This document shows, one piece after another, positions 51,567 through 59,541 of a stretch of DNA of 64,000 bases. The stretch is taken from assembly GCA_041912375.1 (NCBI GenBank), contig JAYRNA010000002.1:2226-66225 (forward strand), in the 5' to 3' direction. This stretch comes from Candidatus Saccharimonadales bacterium. GTDB taxonomy: Bacteria > Patescibacteriota > Saccharimonadia > Saccharimonadales > UBA4665. Both the position numbers and the translations under genes were made by a program. Each line of letters opens with the position of its first letter. Within the stretch, counting starts at the first letter, position 1. The notes below the pieces were generated by a model that ran no database searches, had not been told where the DNA came from, and worked only from the letters and a program-made list of their open reading frames with translations.

Positions 51567-52046
51567 GTGCGTATGGCTAGACCAAAAACTAAGGGGGTAG
51601 TAGTAGGTATGCCGAAAGTCAAAATGACTCTAAAAGTCCCCCTAGTCGCTATAGTAATAGTTTTTGCCGTGGTTGCTACCATCGGTTTGTCGATATCTCT
51701 CTCAAATCTCCTAAGTGGCAGTGCTGAGGAGAGTGAAACTTCAACCTGTGACTCAGGGCGATACACAACCCATCGGGTGGTCATAAAAAATAATGTCGTC
51801 AAGCCTTTGAAAACGATCGCTCAACTTTGTGACAAGCTTATCATCACCAATCAAGACCCCAACATCAGGCTGATAGCCTTTGGTGAGCATGATAATCATA
51901 TGACTTATGACGGTGTTGTCGAGAAACCTCTGCGTCAAGATCAAAGCCTAAGCGTTACGCTTAATAAGTCAGGTGATTTCAAATTTCATGATCACATTCA
52001 TGATGAGCTGCAAGGGACATTTCAAGTAAACGATGTACCGCAGTGA
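51567..52046 (+). CDS. Membrane-anchored cupredoxin-like protein lacking a Cys ligand (paralog-like of 4276..4656)
   Basis: A TM (VPLVAIVIVFAVVATIGL), then HRVVIKNNVVKP...GDFKFHDHIHDELQGTFQV. This is the same layout and terminal (F/Y)H.H...G(T)(F/I).(V/I) pattern as the 126-aa protein. Start codon uncertain (GTG 51567, ATG 51573 or ATG 51609). Confidence 0.5.
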   Translation: MRMARPKTKGVVVGMPKVKMTLKVPLVAIVIVFAVVATIGLSISLSNLLSGSAEESETSTCDSGRYTTHRVVIKNNVVKPLKTIAQLCDKLIITNQDPNIRLIAFGEHDNHMTYDGVVEKPLRQDQSLSVTLNKSGDFKFHDHIHDELQGTFQVNDVPQ

Positions 52047-52120
52047 GCGTCAAGTCCACCAGCTAGAGTAGTCGATATGTCGCTACTTAGCTCAAGACAG
52101 AGTGCTGTACAATAGCACTT

Positions 52121-52747
52121 ATGCAACTATTCGCCACAGTACTCGTGGTTTTTATTTTGCTCATGATAAGTGAGTTGCTGTGGCGGAAAAAAGGTGTACA
52201 CAGCGAGATAACTCGAAAATTTGTCCATATCAGTGTTGGCAGTTTTGTTGCTTTCTGGCCGTATCTCCTGTCGCCAAATCATATTAAACTGCTCAGCGTT
52301 GCTTTTTTGGTGGTGGCAGCAATGTCAAAGTACTTTAATATATTCAAGGCAATTCATAGTGTGCTAAGGCCGACTTGGGGCGAGGTTTGGTTTGCTGTCG
52401 TTGTCTGTCTTTTATCCTTCTTGATTCACCACCCACATATTTATACAGCCGCGCTTTTGGTGATGAGCCTAGGCGACGGAATGGCGGCTGTCATCGGCAC
52501 ATATTATGGCAACCGTCATCGTTATTCCGTGCTGGGATCGTCTAAAACGATCCTCGGCACACTAACATTTTTTGTCATTTCGTTTGCTATACTGCTCGGT
52601 TATAGCCTAATGTCGAGTAGTTTAGAGCCGAGCTTGCTGGTAGCAATAACTTTGGCCGCTACCGTTCTCGAAAATTTTTCATACAAAGGCTTAGACAATT
52701 TGGTTATACCGTTGTTTGTCGCAGGAAGCTTGTATTTAGTCAGTTAG
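52121..52747 (+). CDS. Polyprenol/dolichol/phytol kinase-like CTP-dependent kinase (CdsA superfamily)
   Basis: About six TM, with RKFVHISVG and SLGDGMAAVIGTYYG...SKTILGTLTFF motifs. Confidence 0.6.
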   Translation: MQLFATVLVVFILLMISELLWRKKGVHSEITRKFVHISVGSFVAFWPYLLSPNHIKLLSVAFLVVAAMSKYFNIFKAIHSVLRPTWGEVWFAVVVCLLSFLIHHPHIYTAALLVMSLGDGMAAVIGTYYGNRHRYSVLGSSKTILGTLTFFVISFAILLGYSLMSSSLEPSLLVAITLAATVLENFSYKGLDNLVIPLFVAGSLYLVS

Positions 52748-54585
52748 GTGGCCGAGCCACGAATAGTGTGAGCCCTTAGCGCGATGAGGATGACCATCAC
52801 ATCGACAACTTCTTGAAGAACTGCTCCAACCACAGGTGAAAATCGCCCTGTGGCAAAAATGAACATTAGCAGCACGCTGAGACCGATGCCTAGAGCTACG
52901 CTTTGCCGGGCGATGCTAAACGTTCGCTTTGCAAGATAGGTTGCTGTGGCGACACGTCCCAGATCGTCGGGCATGATGACTATGTCAGCCGATTCACGGG
53001 CGGCTGTTGAATCGCGAGCATCGAAAGCGATACCGACGTCTGAGGCGGTTAGAGCCGGTGCGTCTTCGATACCATTGCCGACGAAGGCCAGCGGTCGCTT
53101 GGCGGCAGATTCAAGGAGTCGTAGCTTGTCAGACGGAGTGACTTCGGCGTGTATTTCTGCAACGCCAAGTTTAGTCGCGACGAATTCAACAGAAGCTCTA
53201 TCGTCCCCAGTTATTATCAAGACATTGTCTAAACCTAGGCTGTGTAATTGACTTAGCGTGTCAGCTGCTTCGGGCCGTACCTCGTCCTTTAGGGTTATGA
53301 TGCCGGCAAGCTGACCATCAATAGCGATAAAAGTAGCGGTCTGACGCGGTGAGTTGAATTTGAAATTTCTTGGGAGCTTAACCTTTTCTTGTTCCATCAG
53401 TCGTTTATTTCCAATCAGGATCGTCTTCGTTTTAAGAGTTGCCTGTAGGCCGAGATCGGCAATTTCTGTAACATGCTTGATCTTAATAAGTTTGATTTGT
53501 TTGGATTTAGCCTCGGCAATAAGCGAACGAGCTACGATGTGATTTGAATTTTGCTCCAGACTTGCTGCTAGCGATAAGAGTTCAGTCTCGGTGTTATCGC
53601 CAAAAGCAGTTATGTTATCAATAGCCAGCTCGCCACTAGCCAGCAAGCCTGTTTTATTAAAAGCAATTGATCTAGCTTTTGCTAATCGTTCCAGTGCAGT
53701 GCCTGTTTTCATGATAATGCCAAAGCGACTAGCTCTGGACATACCGCAGGTTAGAGCGATGGGTACGGCGAAAATCAATGGGTAAGGCGTCGCTACGACA
53801 ATGACCTCCAAAAACCTTATAGCGTGACCGCTAAACAACCAGGCGGCTGTCGCCAGACCATAGGCCAAGAAAGTAAAGGGCAGAACATAACTATCGGCTA
53901 ACCGAACAAAGGGGGATTGGCTGTTAGCTGTGCCTTTGACTAGTCGAATAAGTTGTTGATATTGACTGTCCCTGGCACTGGCAGTGACTTTGGCGTTGAT
54001 TGAGACACCTAGATTTATCGACCCGCTCAAGAGTCGGTCGCCGGTTGTTCTAGGCTGTGGTGAGCTTTCGCCGGTCAATAAGGCTTCGTCAAAGTTTGAT
54101 GTGCCATCTAAAATAATCGCGTCGGTCGGGACGGTCTCACCAGTCATGATCAAGATTTTTTCACCGACTTTAAGCTCGTCGACGGAGACATTAGATAATT
54201 TTCCTTTATGAAGCCGATGGGTCTGCTTTGGCGCATGCGACAAAAGAGTGTCGAGCTCGGAGTTAGCTCGAAGTCGAGCAAAGTCTTCCAGAACCTCGCT
54301 ACCAGCTAACATCAGCACCACAACTATTGCCACCCAAAATTGACCAAGAATAAGTGCAGTTACGATGGCAGTGCCGGCTAAAATATCTAAGCCATATTTA
54401 CCCGATCGAAAATCCTGCCATAACGACCAGAGCAGCGGAAAAAGCGCTGTTATCGCTACGAGTCCTAGTAACCAGTGCGCAGCCGTACGTTGCCCGGTAA
54501 ATTCCAGGATTAGTCCGACAAGGATAGTTAAAATCGCCAGGCAAAACAGCTTATACTGGCGCAAAAATTTTAATACTCGTTTCAT
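52744..54585 (-). CDS. P1B-type (heavy-metal-like) P-type ATPase homolog with degenerate catalytic motifs
   Basis: LLTGESSPQ and IITGDD are present. However, DKTGT is NKTGL (IAFNKTGLL), GDGxND is GNGIED, and the TM6 CPx motif is TPY. No N-terminal HMA domain. Confidence 0.9.
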   Translation of the reverse strand: MKRVLKFLRQYKLFCLAILTILVGLILEFTGQRTAAHWLLGLVAITALFPLLWSLWQDFRSGKYGLDILAGTAIVTALILGQFWVAIVVVLMLAGSEVLEDFARLRANSELDTLLSHAPKQTHRLHKGKLSNVSVDELKVGEKILIMTGETVPTDAIILDGTSNFDEALLTGESSPQPRTTGDRLLSGSINLGVSINAKVTASARDSQYQQLIRLVKGTANSQSPFVRLADSYVLPFTFLAYGLATAAWLFSGHAIRFLEVIVVATPYPLIFAVPIALTCGMSRASRFGIIMKTGTALERLAKARSIAFNKTGLLASGELAIDNITAFGDNTETELLSLAASLEQNSNHIVARSLIAEAKSKQIKLIKIKHVTEIADLGLQATLKTKTILIGNKRLMEQEKVKLPRNFKFNSPRQTATFIAIDGQLAGIITLKDEVRPEAADTLSQLHSLGLDNVLIITGDDRASVEFVATKLGVAEIHAEVTPSDKLRLLESAAKRPLAFVGNGIEDAPALTASDVGIAFDARDSTAARESADIVIMPDDLGRVATATYLAKRTFSIARQSVALGIGLSVLLMFIFATGRFSPVVGAVLQEVVDVMVILIALRAHTIRGSAT

Positions 54586-54753
54586 CTGCCCTCTATTTTC
54601 GTTATGAACTCAAGACTAGTATAGCAATCTGATGAGCAGACTGACAGCTATCAATTAACAGATTAATAACTACGTCGATAGCTGCTTGCCTGATTGGCAA
54701 GGTCAATTGCGATTTAGATGAGGCACGGTGATCTAGTGTCAACCGCTAGCACT

Positions 54754-54767
54754 TAGCAAAATTGCTA
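54754..54767. promoter_or_regulatory. Inverted repeat TAGCAA-aa-TTGCTA in the divergent ATPase/cvpA-protease intergenic region
   Basis: 6-bp arms, with an additional upstream CTAGCA copy (54746..54751). A second hairpin, CTTGCC-tgatt-GGCAAG, lies at 54685..54701. Confidence 0.3.
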
Positions 54768-54840
54768 GAGTCTTGTGTGCGTATTTGGCCCGCTTTTGCT
54801 ACCTTGCCGCAGAAAAGAGACAGGCGCATAATGCCAGTGC

Positions 54841-56013
54841 ATGAGTGGGCTGAATTGGGTCGATGCCGTAATCGTTATTGTAATTATTGTTGCGATTATT
54901 CGTGGCCTGCGTGATGGTATTGTGATTCAGTTGTTGACGTGCCTGGGGTTCTTGGGCGGTCTCTTTTTGACCGGGTGGCTAGTGCCACATATTTTGCCGA
55001 TTCACGACAAAACATTGCAAAGCATTATATGTGTTAATCTAGTGCTTCTTTGTGCCCTTTATTTAGCTGTCCAGGGATATTATTTTGGCAAAAAATTGCA
55101 CTACTCCTTTGGCAAGAGCCGAATCCACTCTGTCGAAACTTTGAGCAGCGTTGCTTTCAGTATTATCTCTGTCCTCTTTGTTGTCTGGTTACTGGCATCA
55201 GTTGTTGGCAGAATGCCGTTTGAAGAACTTAGCAATAGCGTCAGCGATGCTTACATAGTTCAAAAACTTGACGGCGAACTACCACCTGTCCCAGCCTTTG
55301 TTAGTAGTTTCAATCAGCTTGTCGACCCCAATACTATCCCCAAAGTCTATATCAAACCTTACCTAAATTCATCAGAAGGCTCTTTAGTCGTTGATTCGAA
55401 ATATAGTACAACTGGAGTTGGTTCCAATGCCACTGTCAGAATTACAGGTTTCGGTTGCGGCGGAGTCGTTTCTGGCTCTGGCTTTGTTGTGGCAAAGGAC
55501 GTCATTGCGACTAACGCCCACGTTGTCGCCGGCGTTAAGCGCCCGATTGTTAAATATCACAGTCAAAGTTTAGCGGGGACAGTCATATATTTTGATCGCA
55601 ACCTGGACCTGGCCTTTTTGAGGGTGCACAAACTCTCGGTCCAACCGCTATCGCTGGAAACCAATGATATTGATCCGACTGATAAGAAAGTCAACGTGCT
55701 TGGCTACCCCGACGGTGATTTCACGGTCCAACCGGGAATTATCCGTTCTAGCAGAGAGGTATTTGGCCCTGATATCTACGGCTTAACTATGATCGGCCGA
55801 GAAGTCTATGAAGTGCAAGTTAAGGTTGCCCAAGGCAGTTCTGGCGGGCCGGTATTACTCGACAACGGCAATGTTATCGGCATGATTTATGCCCAGTCAG
55901 ATGTCGTCGATGGTTATGGCTACGCTTTGACAGCGGCCAGTCTCGTTGACCCACTGCACCACGCCGAACACAGTATTACCCAGGTAAATACTGGTGCCTG
56001 CCTGAGGCAATAG
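54841..56013 (+). CDS. CvpA-domain membrane protein fused to trypsin-like serine protease (MarP-like)
   Basis: Four N-terminal TMs (CvpA-like). The protease triad context reads ATNAHVVAG / DLAFLRV / GSSGGPV. Confidence 0.85.
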   Translation: MSGLNWVDAVIVIVIIVAIIRGLRDGIVIQLLTCLGFLGGLFLTGWLVPHILPIHDKTLQSIICVNLVLLCALYLAVQGYYFGKKLHYSFGKSRIHSVETLSSVAFSIISVLFVVWLLASVVGRMPFEELSNSVSDAYIVQKLDGELPPVPAFVSSFNQLVDPNTIPKVYIKPYLNSSEGSLVVDSKYSTTGVGSNATVRITGFGCGGVVSGSGFVVAKDVIATNAHVVAGVKRPIVKYHSQSLAGTVIYFDRNLDLAFLRVHKLSVQPLSLETNDIDPTDKKVNVLGYPDGDFTVQPGIIRSSREVFGPDIYGLTMIGREVYEVQVKVAQGSSGGPVLLDNGNVIGMIYAQSDVVDGYGYALTAASLVDPLHHAEHSITQVNTGACLRQ

Positions 56014-56075
56014 GACTGTTTGGGCTGATCATTAGCTACTGCGCAAATTTGTCGAGGAATCTCTTTTGAGCGTCG

Positions 56076-56153
56076 TGGGGCGGATGATGGGATTTGAACC
56101 CACGGCCTTCGGAACCACAACCCGACGCTCTAACCAGCTGAGCTACATCCGCC
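56076..56153 (-). tRNA. tRNA-His (GUG) with encoded G-1 and CCA
   Basis: G GCGGATG ta GCTC agctggtta GAGC g TCGGG TTGTGGT TCCGA aggcc GTGGG ttcaaat CCCAT CATCCGC c CCA. Confidence 0.9.
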
Positions 56154-56156
56154 GCA

Positions 56157-56172
56157 AACAGGGGTGATTATA
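56157..56172 (-). promoter_or_regulatory. tRNA-upstream element, 1-mismatch copy (TATAATCACCCCTGTT)
   Basis: Ends 3 nt before G-1 of tRNA-His. Confidence 0.55.
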
Positions 56173-56304
56173 GCTCAATAGGCAATTACATACAACTACT
56201 TTAATCGCTGTTATCCTTCAAATATAAACTGAGGTTTGGAGTTTTTGCACGTATGTAAGAGCAGGTGACGACTGACTATAAACAAATTCGATCGCTGGCT
56301 TCTA

Positions 56305-56373
56305 GGTGGGACTCGCACGCACGACTACTTATTCCTAAAGCAAGTGCTCTAATCCGTTGAGCTGATCGGGCTC
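56305..56373 (-). pseudogene. Decayed tRNA-like remnant (most similar to the tRNA-Lys in this window), no acceptor 3' strand
   Basis: In minus sense, GAGCCCGatcAGCTCAacGGaTTAGAGCACtTGCtTTtAggaAtaaGtaGTCGTGcGTgCGAGTCCCACC aligns with GGGCCCGtAGCTCAgccGGTTAGAGCACcTGCcTTTTAAGCAGGGTGTCGTGGGTTCGAGTCCCACC. The anticodon and T stems are broken and the 3' acceptor strand is absent. Confidence 0.4.
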
Positions 56374-56473
56374 ATCAAAAGCGTCGGGCTCTGGCCATAA
56401 CATACCTGTCGCAACGGATGTAAATACAATGGTCTGGCGAACAGTCACTGATACGTGAGATACTCTAACATGA

Positions 56474-56935
56474 ATGCTAGTCGACATTATCAAAATCGGA
56501 ATTCTTTGTATCTTTATTGGCGGCGCGTCTATCCCAGTCAGCTTCCAAATCAACAGCTCGCCGGTCATAGTCTGGGCCGGTAATGCTTTGGGCTCACTGC
56601 TCTCGGCTATTGTAGTCGTTTATATTGGTGACAGGATTACCAATGAGCGTTTTAAGAAGAAGGTAGGCAAGCACCGAGTAGGCAAAAAAATTATCACTAT
56701 TTTCGATGAAGGTGACAGCAACATGCGTGTCGAGAAAGCCAAGCAAAGCATCAATAAACGCGGCCTGAAGACATTCTCACTTATCTGTCCGATATTTCCC
56801 GGCGTGGCTGTCTCAACGGTCGCAGTTTATTTGCTGAAGTTGGATACCAAAACCTATAAGAAGTGGATGTTCGGCGGCGTTTGCTTCGTAAGCGGCTTAT
56901 ATGTGTTTGGTTATTGGTGGCTGTTCGTAAGGTAA
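56474..56935 (+). CDS. Small membrane protein (about 4 TM), possibly small multidrug export-like
   Basis: Hydrophobic profile with a central basic loop (KKKVGKHRVGKK). Family unverified. Confidence 0.45.
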   Translation: MLVDIIKIGILCIFIGGASIPVSFQINSSPVIVWAGNALGSLLSAIVVVYIGDRITNERFKKKVGKHRVGKKIITIFDEGDSNMRVEKAKQSINKRGLKTFSLICPIFPGVAVSTVAVYLLKLDTKTYKKWMFGGVCFVSGLYVFGYWWLFVR

Positions 56936-56965
56936 AAAACTTTGTCCGGATTGTCTAGCTTATTT

Positions 56966-57042
56966 TGGTACCCCGGGCAGGACTCGAACCTGCAACCTAC
57001 GGGTTAGAACTCCGTGGCTCTATCCAATTGAGCTACCGGGGC
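56966..57042 (-). tRNA. tRNA-Arg (UCU), CCA encoded
   Basis: GCCCCGG ta GCTC aattggata GAGC c ACGGA GTTCTAA CCCGT aggtt GCAGG ttcgagt CCTGC CCGGGGT a CCA. It has G1.U72 and an A31.C39 mismatch. Confidence 0.88.
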
Positions 57043-57079
57043 ACGCTTGACTCAGGCTAAGCTTATTTTTCGTAAGTTC

Positions 57080-57095
57080 AACAGAGGTGATTATA
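57080..57095 (-). promoter_or_regulatory. tRNA-upstream element TATAATCACCTCTGTT (copy upstream of tRNA-Arg)
   Basis: Exact 16-mer, 37 nt before the tRNA 5' end, preceded by cgTGc (extended -10-like). Confidence 0.55.
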
Positions 57096-57170
57096 GCACG
57101 AGTACAATCATCCTGCTACGCACGCCCAAGTAGGGGTGTATAGTTAAGGGGCAGTAAAAAGAACCAAAAC

Positions 57171-57938
57171 ATGTTAATTTTTATCGTGATTATGGCATTC
57201 GTTGGCTTGTCAGTCAGCCTAGCTTGGTTTTTGCTGTCGCAAGATCATGGCGAACGTGAACCGATTCTCGCACTGTGGATGGCGGCTGGTGTTGGAGTAT
57301 TGGCGGGTCTGGCGGCAGGAATTATCGAGAGCTATTTGGTATCTAGCAAAAATCTATTGCCCGGTGCTTCTATCGAGTCGATATTGATAGCCTCGCTGTT
57401 GATAGGTCTGATCGAAGAGACCTGTAAGTTTGTGCCAATCGGTACGGCCATGTACCGAAAAAGCTATTTCAATGAACACACTGATGGAATTTTGTATTTT
57501 GCATTAGCTGGCTTGGGTTTTGGTCTACCTGAAAATATTCTGTACACGGCTCAGTTCGGTGCCAAAACTGGTATGGCGCGAATCATTTTGACTCCACTGT
57601 TTCACGCAGCAACAACTAGTATAATTGGCTATTTTTTGATTCGTAAGAAGCTAGAAAAACGCTCTTGGGTTACTGTTGCCATTCCGCTCGGCGCAGTCGT
57701 TGTGCTGCACGGTTTATACGATTTCGGTTTGGTGTCAGGACAGCCACTATTCGCGGCGATATCGGTCGCCATTACACTTTCTCTTAGCGTTGTAATGTTT
57801 GGGTTGTATACCCGCGCTGCCGAATTTGATCAAGACGGAGGATTGAGTGTAGTCGGACAGAACAAGTTTTGTCGCTCGTGTGGTACGGCCAACCCCAGGC
57901 GTAATCTGTATTGCACTAATTGTGGCAAAAATGCTTAA
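57171..57938 (+). CDS. PrsW-family intramembrane protease with C-terminal zinc ribbon
   Basis: GLIEETCKFVP (EExxK), FHAATTS and LHGLYDF are present. The C-terminus reads FCRSCGTANPRRNLYCTNCGKN. Confidence 0.8.
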   Translation: MLIFIVIMAFVGLSVSLAWFLLSQDHGEREPILALWMAAGVGVLAGLAAGIIESYLVSSKNLLPGASIESILIASLLIGLIEETCKFVPIGTAMYRKSYFNEHTDGILYFALAGLGFGLPENILYTAQFGAKTGMARIILTPLFHAATTSIIGYFLIRKKLEKRSWVTVAIPLGAVVVLHGLYDFGLVSGQPLFAAISVAITLSLSVVMFGLYTRAAEFDQDGGLSVVGQNKFCRSCGTANPRRNLYCTNCGKNA

Positions 57939-57982
57939 ATTGGTTCCAAAGGAAAACACACCAAAGCAATAAAAACAAAAAC

Positions 57983-58942
57983 ATGAACTGCAGACACTGT
58001 CATCGACCGCTTGATTCAGGCGCTGCCTATTGTGGTAATTGCGGACAAGCGGTAATTGTCGATAACTCGCTGTCCTCTACTAGTCAGACTGTGTCCAAAT
58101 TGGCAATCAAAAAAACACTCCAAGCCGCCCGTGATGGCGACAACACCGTTGCTGCTACCGCGGGCAGCCCGTTGACTTCCAATGACGCGGTAATTCCTAG
58201 TTACGCTTTGGCGACCCCTCAAACACATAACGGCGAGATACCAGCGGTGCTCTCGGTGGTCTGTGGCATAGCAGGAATAGCTGGAGCTGGTTTTGTGGCT
58301 CTGGTTGGGCTTGGCTTTGGTATCGCCGGCCTTGTGCTCGGTACAACTGCCTATGCCAAAAAGCGCAAACTCAGTACCATAGGAATCGTATTTTCGAGTC
58401 TGGCGATTATTGCCGGATTAGCTGTCTGGGCTTATGTCATAAAGCACGACAATTTGCTTAGGCACAATAATGGTGATGGTGGCGGTGTAGGGTCCACAGC
58501 AACTAGTGCAAGTATCGGAACACCATGCTATTCGGCCAGTTTCGTCGACAGCTTGACAGTCCAAAATAGCAAGGGTAGCTGTGATATGAATGCCTTCAAC
58601 GGCCGAACGCTCGATGGTTCAACCAACGCCTATAAGGTCTATGCCAACCAGATCCCCCTCGTCACTAACAATAATTTCAGCGACTTCGCCAAGCAGGCGT
58701 TGGAGAAAGACATCCAATCTTCTCTTCCTAATTTCTATATTGTCAGAGAAGAGGTGGTGTTATTTGCTGATAGTCCGGCTTACGTAGTGACCACTACCTC
58801 ACCTAGTAAAAATGTTTCATTGATTGAGGCGGCGGTATTGCATCCAGTTCAAAATGGTGAAAATGTTTTCATCCTAGTCCATGCTGTTAACGGTAAAGCA
58901 GTTGATCTACGTACCATAGAAGCGCAATGGTTATGGCGATGA
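57983..58942 (+). CDS. Zinc-ribbon / TM / extracytoplasmic-domain protein
   Basis: The ATG at 57983 gives MNCRHCHRPLDSGAAYCGNCGQ. Two or three TM helices (VLSVVCGIAGIAGAGFVALVGLGFGIAGLVLG...) are followed by a ~150-aa soluble domain. The track ORF from 57920 overlaps prsW. Confidence 0.65.
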   Translation: MNCRHCHRPLDSGAAYCGNCGQAVIVDNSLSSTSQTVSKLAIKKTLQAARDGDNTVAATAGSPLTSNDAVIPSYALATPQTHNGEIPAVLSVVCGIAGIAGAGFVALVGLGFGIAGLVLGTTAYAKKRKLSTIGIVFSSLAIIAGLAVWAYVIKHDNLLRHNNGDGGGVGSTATSASIGTPCYSASFVDSLTVQNSKGSCDMNAFNGRTLDGSTNAYKVYANQIPLVTNNNFSDFAKQALEKDIQSSLPNFYIVREEVVLFADSPAYVVTTTSPSKNVSLIEAAVLHPVQNGENVFILVHAVNGKAVDLRTIEAQWLWR

Positions 58943-59259
58943 AAGATTTTTGGCCTCAGAAGCGATTGCATCTCCATAGCCTTCCGATTATCGTGCTGGG
59001 ACTGACGCTATTAGGTATCTCGCTAGCGTCTTTTAGCACTTACAGCCGGTTTGAGTCAGTCGGCGGCATAGAGCTGGGACGGGACTTGACCAAGCCGTTT
59101 ATGCATGTCCGACCGATGCCCGATGGCATAGCTCAAATAAATTATGGCGCAGCAGATGATTCTAGGTCGCCTCAGGCAGTACCAGGTATAAACCAGGCTG
59201 GTCAATCAGCTCGCCTGACAATACAACTTTTGTCACTTGGTTCGAGCGCCAAACAATAA
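58927..59259 (+). CDS. Hypothetical single-pass membrane protein
   Basis: A 16-nt overlap with the upstream gene. One TM (LPIIVLGLTLLGISLASF). Confidence 0.4.
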   Translation: MVMAMKDFWPQKRLHLHSLPIIVLGLTLLGISLASFSTYSRFESVGGIELGRDLTKPFMHVRPMPDGIAQINYGAADDSRSPQAVPGINQAGQSARLTIQLLSLGSSAKQ

Positions 59260-59416
59260 GCAAGATATAGCGCAGTGCATTTTACGAAATCCGGACTGCT
59301 CAATCACAAGGGCTCACCTGTATAGGTGTAAAATTTTGTCATTTGTGTTTTTTGGTTGAGTTGAGCAGAGATAGAGCCTCAATATTTGAGAGGCTTTCTC
59401 AGTTTCTAGATCTTAG

Positions 59417-59491
59417 TGGTGCGGGTGGCGGGGATCGAACCCGCAACTCCAGCTTGGAAGGCTAGCATGAGAGCCATTTCACCACACCCGC
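59417..59491 (-). tRNA. tRNA-Gly (UCC), CCA encoded
   Basis: GCGGGTG tg GTGA aatggctc TCAT g CTAGC CTTCCAA GCTGG agtt GCGGG ttcgatc CCCGC CACCCGC a CCA. Confidence 0.9.
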
Positions 59492-59500
59492 AATAACAAT

Positions 59501-59516
59501 AACAGAGGTGATTATA
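59501..59516 (-). promoter_or_regulatory. tRNA-upstream element TATAATCACCTCTGTT (copy upstream of tRNA-Gly)
   Basis: Exact 16-mer, 9 nt before the tRNA 5' end, preceded by aTGa (extended -10-like). Confidence 0.55.
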
Positions 59517-59541
59517 TCATATTCTGCAGCGACAACTGATT

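Noticed and set aside
55920-56120. 66-aa minus-strand track ORF.
   Set aside because: It overlaps tRNA-His and the 3' end of the CvpA-protease gene.
56335-56568. 77-aa minus-strand track ORF.
   Set aside because: Its 3' end is the tRNA-like remnant and its 5' end overlaps the 56474 membrane-protein gene. It has no RBS and odd composition.
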